A stretch of DNA of 62,039 bases, the filler included, from Nemertoderma westbladi (lineage: Eukaryota > Animalia > Xenacoelomorpha): NCBI GenBank assembly GCA_032718475.1. It is 3 parts of 3 records of this genome, joined end to end, with 100 filler letters (N's around TTAATTAATTAA, not from the genome) between each part and the next. Parts side by side here need not be neighbours in the genome. Positions count along the whole stretch, not along the records: positions 45,767 to 62,039 come from JAUCBJ010004181.1; 2 more parts are not named here. The stretch is one strand, 5' to 3'. The notes under the pieces were generated by a model. That model ran no database searches. It was not told where the DNA came from and was given only the letters and a program-made list of their open reading frames with translations. Position numbers and translations under genes: made by a program. This document shows positions 52,643 through 62,039 of this stretch, one piece after another (the stretch's first letter is position 1; each line of letters begins with the position of its first letter).

Positions 52643-55600
52643 CACCCGCGATGCACACATTGTTACTTAGTGAGTCACCACGGTTTTGCCTTGGGATCAT
52701 TGTCTTGTAGGGCGGCGTCTGGTAGCATCAGTGCAACGTTGGGCGGCAGTATATTATATCTGTATATTTTTCTGTCTAATGATATCATTATAATATTATG
52801 ATATCTAAATGTATGTCAATTTCATTTTCTTTATATATTATAGATAATTAAACAAAATTTTGTTTGACTATATACTAATATATGTTTCCACGACTGTCTT
52901 TCTAATTTCGTTACCTATAACTTTATATTATATATCCTATTACGGGATTCATACATAATATTTAAATTATTGATGTATTTTTTGGCTCCCCCCCCCTCCC
53001 CCCCCCACCCAGGGTTTTAACTCTGAATCAGAATTGTGTTGCTGGTTATTAGTCTGTTAATATTTGGTGCATCAGGGTGAAGTCATTTTTACCCCAATAT
53101 TTGGCAAATAATATATATATTGTCTGTAATTTATTTGCGCTCGTATCGTAATCCCAATGAACTGTAAGTGTACGACATACATACAGGTATATTTAACGTT
53201 GTTCCAGTTTTTATCAATTCGTTTTTTATTATCGTTATTTCCTCCTGTACATGATCGATCTTTTTGCCTTCTTTACGATAAACATCACGCGAACTCAACT
53301 GCATATATATTATATTCATTCAACACAATCACGGACTCGTTAGATATACATAATAACATATATATAATATATTCCAGAACAAATAGATTTGGTTTCGGCT
53401 AGAACGGCAGGTAATATTGGCTGATACATCGGAACAGTTATAAAATGATAATATAAATATATAATAATCTGTGTTTATTATTATACTAGATAGTCAAGTT
53501 GTAGTAAAATTTCTTTTTGTTAACTGTTAGTCGAAATTGGTCGATAACCGTCTTGTTGTTTATTTTAGTAAGTCGTCATATGTTTGGTTGAGGCTTGTAG
53601 GGAGGGTAGCAGCCTACTGAACCGATCCACGTAACCCCTCTAAGTGCTATATAGGTAGAATTTATTATTGGCTAATTTACTAAATATTTCCTCCATATAA
53701 TTATATAACTTTGTTTAATAAGGATATTGAGTGGCGAAAGTTAAAAAATCAATATGAGACAACGAATAATTCATTTAATTTTTCGTTGTCTTCATTCCTT
53801 TAATGTTTGTTTGGGCGTTTTTATATCCTGAAAATAAAATATTGAATTGAATAGATTCTATTCGATTCGTTCATTGTAGCAAATCATAACGACCATATCA
53901 ACTCTACAGGGTTTATTATAAAGAGGGTGGGTTTTATTTTTTAATTGTCTGTCAATCACTGTGTTGTGTGAAATTTGGACCCTTTTTTTTAATTATTAGA
54001 TTACATTCATTACTTTCGTTTTCCAGAAAACCACATGATTTTTTTCATTTGTAATGGCAGATGTCAACATATTCCATTGATTCATCATTTAAAAGACCAT
54101 TCCTTAAATAACTGTAGTTGTGGTTATGCGTGTTTTTTCATATATTTCACGTACGTTTATTAAATAAACATTTAGCACAAGAAGTGTAAAATTCAATCGC
54201 ATTCGGAAAAGGAAATCCTAGTTATTTTAAGGAACTGATTGTTTATTGTTTTGTCTGTTTTAGTAACTTATTGGTTTAGGTGACGGTATAGGTTGTCTAG
54301 TTATTGTCCCCTTCCCAACGTCTATACGACTTTGTAAATTATATACAATTTGCTATGTAATTTTATTTATTGACATCGGTATAGGCCTATATCGATAATA
54401 AATAATTACTATTGTTTAACGATTTATATTCAATTTTGATATTTTCCTTTGTGACTTCTAACGAACTAATTGTTGGACACCCAACAGCACCAGCTTTTGT
54501 AATTTAGTCGATTCTTTTATTCTTTAATTTATATAATCATTTTGTTATATGTTCTGTTCATCATGATTATGTTCAGTTTTGGTTAAATTCTTGATTATTG
54601 TTAATGCAATCTATTCCATTGATCTGTATAGTCTAATCTATATATTTTTTCTGAAATTTCCAGCACTATATCGCAGGGGGACAGGGCAGGCAGGACATAG
54701 ACAGCACATAGTCAAGGCAGGACATAGGCAGTCTGGCCCTGGCCTACAATGCTCTAATCGAGTATCTCACAGCCAGTGAATGTAATTCAATCCAAACGAT
54801 TGGTTAAGTTATAGTATAGATGAGAACGCCTCGAAGTAAAATTTACTCAAATTACAACGCAAATTATATTGCCAATTTATTATTTTTCTTAAAATTGTGA
54901 ATGGCTACTGAGCCAGAGACTATAACCTATGGGGGTTGTTGGTGTGGTTCCTCTTCCTGTGAAACTTTCGATATCGTTGGTTATTAGTTACCGAAAATAA
55001 TGTATCATCAATTACATAAAATGATCCAACTATAATTGAATTTCATTCTGTTTTACAAAAAAATAATTTTTATCGTATTATAAGATATAACCTTTTCATT
55101 ATTCATCCAATGTTTACAATTTGTTCAGGAGCAAGCAAGGGATCAATTAGCCTCCTGATGCTGAAACCTTTTGGGATTACAGCTTGAGTTGAGGCTTTGT
55201 CGGTAATCCGTTTATTCTATGCAACCTTTACTATAATAATTAAGGGTTTCTCGAACGTTTCACTTACCGTGATGAGTTAAGGGGGGGGGGGGGGGGGGGG
55301 GGGTGTAATTAATTCGTTGTGATGACGTCATCTGTTTGTCATGTGGTGGTTATATTATTTATACCGCACAAGAGCAATGCTTATTATAGTTTCTGAAGCT
55401 CCAACAACTACTGGCTTTATTCCAGAAGCGGGTCCTTCAGGCTGGGGTTGAATGCTCTGTATAATTGCAGTATCTAAAATTCTAATAAAATCGTGTGGCA
55501 TTTGTTTTTATTGCAACGATGTCGTATACCAATATACTAATATAACAATAATTGTTACATACCTACCATATGTTTGCTGAAGCCAATAATGACCACAGAG

Positions 55601-57424
55601 TGTTGATGATGTGGTAAATCTTATCCAAAAACGGTAACAACCGCTCAATTTTTATTTCCCCTCTTTGACATTCTGTGTTACCTTAATCTAATCTACGCGC
55701 TGTGTTTTTTTTATACACGCCTACCAAGTCGGTGTTGTATCTATAACAAGTAAAAGGCAAAATGAAATGACTTCTCGCAGAGATATTTCGATTGAATATC
55801 GAAACAAACTTATTTAGTTGGGTGGGATTGGAACTTGTATCGTGTATTACTGCTTTGCATTATCGGTTAAATAACACATACTCAAAATTGGAAGTTCTTT
55901 CTATAGAAATATTGGAATAATTCACTTGATACGTTTGTTGTAATTTGCAAAGTTAAAATTTGTCATCCTCATCCATCAATAATTGATAAGTTAATAGTAT
56001 CCTTGGGTTATATAGGGATTCGCTATACGCATGAAGGACATCGGATCTCATCTCTCGTTGATGTCGGGATCAGATGCTTAGATGGAGGATGGTATATAAA
56101 TTCTGGTAAATATTAATGAATATTAGATGAACAGCTCTGCTCTATGAGTAAGTTTTTGGTCAGGTCGGGATGTTACTGCATTGTGGTTAAACGCATGTTA
56201 ATTATAAGCTATCTGGTGTTTAAGTAATAATATATTGTATAGTAAAATTATAATTCTTATACGATTTTCGAGGTAACCTCATAAATATTGACTAAGAAAT
56301 ATGCGATATCGCGAAAATGTAAGTTTGGAATTTATCTCCGAATATGGAATCCTTAGTAAGACACAATATATACTTTTTTCTAGCTCAGTGACAAGTGAAT
56401 AGAATTGCATCTGATTAATCTGTGGTCGTTGTCATAGTAATAGGCTACGACGGACTTAACATATCACAATTTATATATGACTAGAATATGACGCAAATCC
56501 CTAATTGATAGTTGTACCATGGCCCACGTATAATACAGAACGGTGGTTTTTGTGGTATTTAGATTTTCAATTTATCTAAAGATTTAAGCAGTTCCAGGCT
56601 TTTTTAAGAATAATCTTAACAATTCTAAATTTTTTTCGCTTTCGCTTTCCAATGAGACATACATCCTTGTGTGCGGTACTTTTCTCACGAGATATTAGCA
56701 ATTCCAACATTAACAAATTTTGTGGGTCACCTTGTCCTTTACTCATTCGGATGCCTGATATTCCATTAACATAACACAACCGCTAACAGCACACTTTTTT
56801 TTTATCTTTTTAAACTTTTTATTTGTGCGTTATTTTCACATGATTATTTCAAAAATAAATTGGATTATTATTTTAGCTTAATTTCCTTCAACTATCTTCC
56901 ATTATTTATTAATGCTTCTAAATATAATTTTAAGGTAGATGGATAGATAGCCGAGCCGTATATAATTTTTTATTTGTTTAGAACATAATTTATTTATTAT
57001 TGTTGTAACTTATAGGTTTGCTTCAAATTTAATGAATGGTGCAAAACTTTATGTAATTATAATACAATGTATTGTAAGGATGTGTTTATTTGTATCTGTC
57101 TGTTTAATAATTTATTCCCCCCCGTGTCTTGAATTCTATTTTGTGTTTGTGTAACTGAGTTATCGTAGTGTTTATTGTGTAAATGTTATATATGAATAGC
57201 TCGTAATTTCCCCTCCCAACAATTACATAATTCTATTTATGAATATTGAACAATTTACAGGACTGGTCAATTACTATGTTCCATTGTTTTCATAACCCCG
57301 GGGTTGAAGAATTTTCCACTGGTACAATGCTTACTCTTTATGGACTATAATATTGTATGAATGCGTGAGAAGCCCAACTGACAAACACCAAAACTATGTT
57401 TTATAGTGGGTTTAAACAGGAATA

Positions 57425-60400
57425 GGTGGTATCATAACGTCTTACATGAATGCGGCCCCAGGTCACTGGTGGTATCGTAACGTCTTACAGGAATGCGGCC
57501 CAGGTCACTGGTGGTATCGTAACGTCTTACAGGAATGCGGCCCAGGTCACTGGTGGTGGTATTGTAACGTCTTACAGGAATGCCGGCCCAGGTCACTGGT
57601 GGTGGTATTGTAACGTCTTACAGGAATGCCGGCCCAGGTCACTGGTGGTATCGTAACGTCTTACAGGAATGCGGCCCCAGGTCACTGGTGGTATCATAAC
57701 GTCTTACAGGATTGCCGGCCCAGGTCACTGGTGGTATCGTAACGTCTTACAGGAATGCGGCCCAGGTCACTGGTGGTATTGTAACGTCTTACAGGAATGC
57801 CGGCCCAGGTCACTGGTGCTATCGTAACGTCTTACAGGAATGCCGGCCCAGGTCGCTGGTTGTATCGTAACGTCTTACAGGAATGCCGGCCCAGGTCACT
57901 GGTGGTATCGTAACGTCTTACAGGAATGCGGCCCAGGTCACTGGTGGTATCGTAACGTCTTACAGGAATGCGGCCCAGGTCACTGGTGGTATCGTAACGT
58001 CTTACAGGAATGCGGCCCAGGTCACTGGTGGTATCGTAACGTCTTACAGGAATGCCGGCCCAGGTCACTGGTGGTATCGTAACGTCTTACAGGAATGCCG
58101 GCCCAGGTCACTGGTGGTATCGTAACGTCTTACAGGAATGCGGCCCAGGTCACTGGTGGTATCGTAACGTCTTACAGGAATGCGGCCCAGGTCACTGGTG
58201 GTATCGTAACGTCTTACAGGAATGCCGGCCCAGGTCACTGGTGGTATCGTAACGTCTTACAGGAATGCGGCCCAGGTCACTGGTGGTATCGTAACGTCTT
58301 ACAGGAATGCGGCCCAGGTCACTGGTGGTATCGTAACGTCTTACAGGAATGCGGCCCAGGTCACTGGTGGTATCGTAACGTCTTACAGGAATGCGGCCCA
58401 GGTCACTGGTGGTATCGTAACGTCTTACAGGAATGCGGCCCAGGTCACTGGTGGTATCGTAACGTCTTACAGGAATGCGGCCCAGGTCACTGGTGGTATC
58501 GTAACGTCTTACAGGAATGCGGCCCAGGTCACTGGTGGTATCGTAACGTCTTACAGGAATGCGGCCCAGGTCACTGGTGGTATCGTAACGTCTTACAGGA
58601 ATGCGGCCCAGGTCACTGGTGGTATCGTAACGTCTTACAGGAATGCGGCCCAGGTCACTGGTGGTATCGTAACGTCTTACAGGAATGCCGGCCCCAGGTC
58701 ACTGGTGGTATCGTAACGTCTTACAGGAATGCGGCCCAGGTCACTGGTGGTATCGTAACGTCTTACAGGAATGCGGCCCAGGTCACTGGTGGTATCGTAA
58801 CGTCTTACAGGAATGCGGCCCAGGTCACTGGTGGTATCGTAACGTCTTACAGGAATGCCGGCCCAGGTCACTGGTGGTATCGTAACGTCTTACAGGAATG
58901 CGGCCCAGGTCACTGGTGGTATCGTAACGTCTTACAGGAATGCCGGCCCAGGTCACTGGTGGTATCGTAACGTCTTACAGGAATGCCGGCCCAGGTCACT
59001 GGTGGTATCGTAACGTCTTACAGGAATGCCGGCCCAGGTCACTGGTGGTATCGTAACGTCTTACAGGAATGCGGCCCAGGTCACTGGTGGTATCGTAACG
59101 TCTTACAGGAATGCGGCCCAGGTCACTGGTGGTATCGTAACGTCTTACAGGAATGCGGCCCAGGTCACTGGTGGTATCGTAACGTCTTACAGGAATGCCG
59201 GCCCAGGTCACTGGTGGTATCGTAACGTCTTACAGGAATGCGGCCCAGGTCACTGGTGTGTATCGTAACGTCTTACAGGAATGCCGGCCCAGGTCACTGG
59301 TGGTATCGTAACGTCTTACAGGAATGCGGCCCAGGTCACTGGTTGGTATCGTAACGTCTTACAGGAATGCGGCCCCAGGTCACTGGTGGTATCGTAACGT
59401 CTTACAGGAATGCGGCCCAGGTCACTGGTGGTATCGTAACGTCTTACAGGAATGCCGGCCCAGGTCACTGGTGGTATCGTAACGTCTTACAGGAATGCCG
59501 GCCCAGGTCACTGGTGGTATCGTAACGTCTTACAGGAATGCCGGCCCAGGTCACTGGTGGTATCGTAACGTCTTACAGGAATGCGGCCCAGGTCACTGGT
59601 GGTATCGTAACGTCTTACAGGAATGCGGCCCAGGTCACTGGTGGTATCGTAACGTCTTACAGGAATGCCGGCCCAGGTCACTGGTGGTGGTATTGTAACG
59701 TCTTACAGGAATGCCGGCCCAGGTCACTGGTGGTATCGTAACGTCTTACAGGAATGCGGCCCAGGTCACTGGTGGTATCGTAACGTCTTACAGGAATGCC
59801 GGCCCAGGTCACTGGTGGTATCGTAACGTCTTACAGGAATGCCGGCCCAGGTCACTGGTTGGTATCGTAACGTCTTACAGGAATGCCGGCCCAGGTCACT
59901 GGTGGTATCGTAACGTCTTACAGGAATGCGGCCCAGGTCACTGGTGGTATCGTAACGTCTTACAGGAATGCGGCCCAGGTCACTGGTGGTATCGTAACGT
60001 CTTACAGGAATGCGGCCCAGGTCACTGGTTGTATCGTAACGTCTTACAGGAATGCCGGCCCAGGTCACTGGTGGTATCGTAACGTCTTACAGGAATGCGG
60101 CCCAGGTCACTGGTTGTATCGTAACGTCTTACAGGAATGCCGGCCCAGGTCACTGGTGGTATCGTAACGTCTTACAGGAATGCGGCCCAGGTCACTGGTG
60201 GTATCGTAACGTCTTACAGGAATGCCGGCCCCAGGTCACTGGTGGTATCGTAACGTCTTACAGGAATGCGGCCCAGGTCACTGGTGGTATCGTAACGTCT
60301 TACAGGAATGCCGGCCCAGGTCACTGGTGGTATCGTAACGTCTTACAGGAATGCGGCCCAGGTCACTGGTGGTATCGTAACGTCTTACAGGAATGCGGCC

Positions 60401-61880
60401 CAGGTCACTGGTGGTATCGTAACGTCTTACAGGAATGCGGCCCAGGTCACTGGTGGTATCGTAACGTCTTACAGGAATGCCGGCCCAGGTCACTGGTGGT
60501 ATCGTAACGTCTTACAGGAATGCGGCCCAGGTCACTGGTGGTATCGTAACGTCTTACAGGAATGCGGCCCAGGTCACTGGTGGTATCGTAACGTCTTACA
60601 GGAATGCGGCCCAGGTCACTGGTGGTATCGTAACGTCTTACAGGAATGCGGCCCAGGTCACTGGTGGTATCGTAACGTCTTACAGGAATGCGGCCCAGGT
60701 CACTGGTGGTATCGTAACGTCTTACAGGAATGCGGCCCAGGTCACTGGTGGTATCGTAACGTCTTACAGGAATGCGGCCCAGGTCACTGGTGGTATCGTA
60801 ACGTCTTACAGGAATGCGGCCCAGGTCACTGGTGGTATCGTAACGTCTTACAGGAATGCGGCCCAGGTCACTGGTGGTATCGTAACGTCTTACAGGAATG
60901 CGGCCCAGGTCACTGGTGGTATCGTAACGTCTTACAGGAATGCGGCCCAGGTCACTGGTGGTATCGTAACGTCTTACAGGAATGCGGCCCAGGTCACTGG
61001 TGGTATCGTAACGTCTTACAGGAATGCGGCCCAGGTCACTGGTGGTATCGTAACGTCTTACAGGAATGCGGCCCAGGTCACTGGTGGTATCGTAACGTCT
61101 TACAGGAATGCGGCCCAGGTCACTGGTGGTATCGTAACGTCTTACAGGAATGCGGCCCAGGTCACTGGTGGTATCGTAACGTCTTACAGGAATGCGGCCC
61201 AGGTCACTGGTGGTATCGTAACGTCTTACAGGAATGCGGCCCAGGTCACTGGTGGTATCGTAACGTCTTACAGGAATGCGGCCCAGGTCACTGGTGGTAT
61301 CGTAACGTCTTACAGGAATGCGGCCCAGGTCACTGGTGGTATCGTAACGTCTTACAGGAATGCGGCCCAGGTCACTGGTGGTATCGTAACGTCTTACAGG
61401 AATGCGGCCCAGGTCACTGGTGGTATCGTAACGTCTTACAGGAATGCGGCCCAGGTCACTGGTGGTATCGTAACGTCTTACAGGAATGCGGCCCAGGTCA
61501 CTGGTGGTATCGTAACGTCTTACAGGAATGCCGGCCCAGGTCACTGGTGGTATCGTAACGTCTTACAGGAATGCGGCCCAGGTCACTGGTGGTATCGTAA
61601 CGTCTTACAGGAATGCGGCCCAGGTCACTGGTGGTATCGTAACGTCTTACAGGAATGCGGCCCAGGTCACTGGTGGTATCGTAACGTCTTACAGGAATGC
61701 CGGCCCAGGTCACTGGTGGTATCGTAACGTCTTACAGGAATGCGGCCCAGGTCACTGGTGGTATCGTAACGTCTTACAGGAATGCGGCCCAGGTCACTGG
61801 TGGTATCGTAACGTCTTACAGGAATGCCGGCCCAGGTCACTGGTGGTATCGTAACGTCTTACAGAAATGCCGGGCCCAGG
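57425..61880. repeat. Satellite, 42/43-bp unit (ggtatcgtaacgtcttacaggaatgcggcccaggtcactggt), roughly 105 copies
   Basis: Directly visible, highly homogeneous tandem array with no spacers. Confidence 0.97.
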
Positions 61881-62039
61881 ACTAGGTGGCACAAAACTGC
61901 ATCAATTCAAAAGTCTAACGATCACATTAATTAACTGACAATCGAAGTCGAAGCCAAGGACAACTTTACTACAGTGTAGCGCCATCCCTGCAGTAGAGAT
62001 TTCAGCCAATCAAGGCTTTCTTTGGAAATTTGATTAGGC

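Noticed and set aside
36129-61880. CRISPR-like appearance of the two arrays
   Set aside because: No unique spacers, no cas genes, eukaryotic context.
57450-61885. Long ORFs (up to 416 aa) in the 42-bp array
   Set aside because: By-product of a unit length divisible by 3; frames switch at 43-bp variants, and several frames are open at once.

Overview
Eukaryotic (metazoan, probably invertebrate) genomic DNA in three contigs joined by artificial 100-bp N/TTAATTAATTAA linkers, so adjacency across the linkers is unproven. Contig 1 (1-26595) is a nested transposon graveyard. It holds RTE-like LINEs, an IS3EU-like TIR element, an intact Penelope-like retroelement, hAT, pogo, piggyBac and Kolobok/Mutator-like remnants, and MITEs. 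It also holds two overlapping endogenous fragments of an orthomyxovirus-like polymerase PA gene. These lie with a LINE inside a 3.45-kb block bounded by a 13-bp direct repeat, a candidate LINE-mediated capture of negative-sense viral RNA. Contig 2 carries the 3.7-kb last coding exon of a Crumbs gene. The visible upstream intron is a >9.5-kb array of 35-nt units that each read GTACGT...polypyrimidine-TAG, i.e. back-to-back mini-introns or recursive splice sites. Contig 3 has an intronless PCTAIRE kinase (CDK17-like) and a 4.5-kb 42-bp satellite. All family assignments are from motif recognition by eye; no database searches were run.
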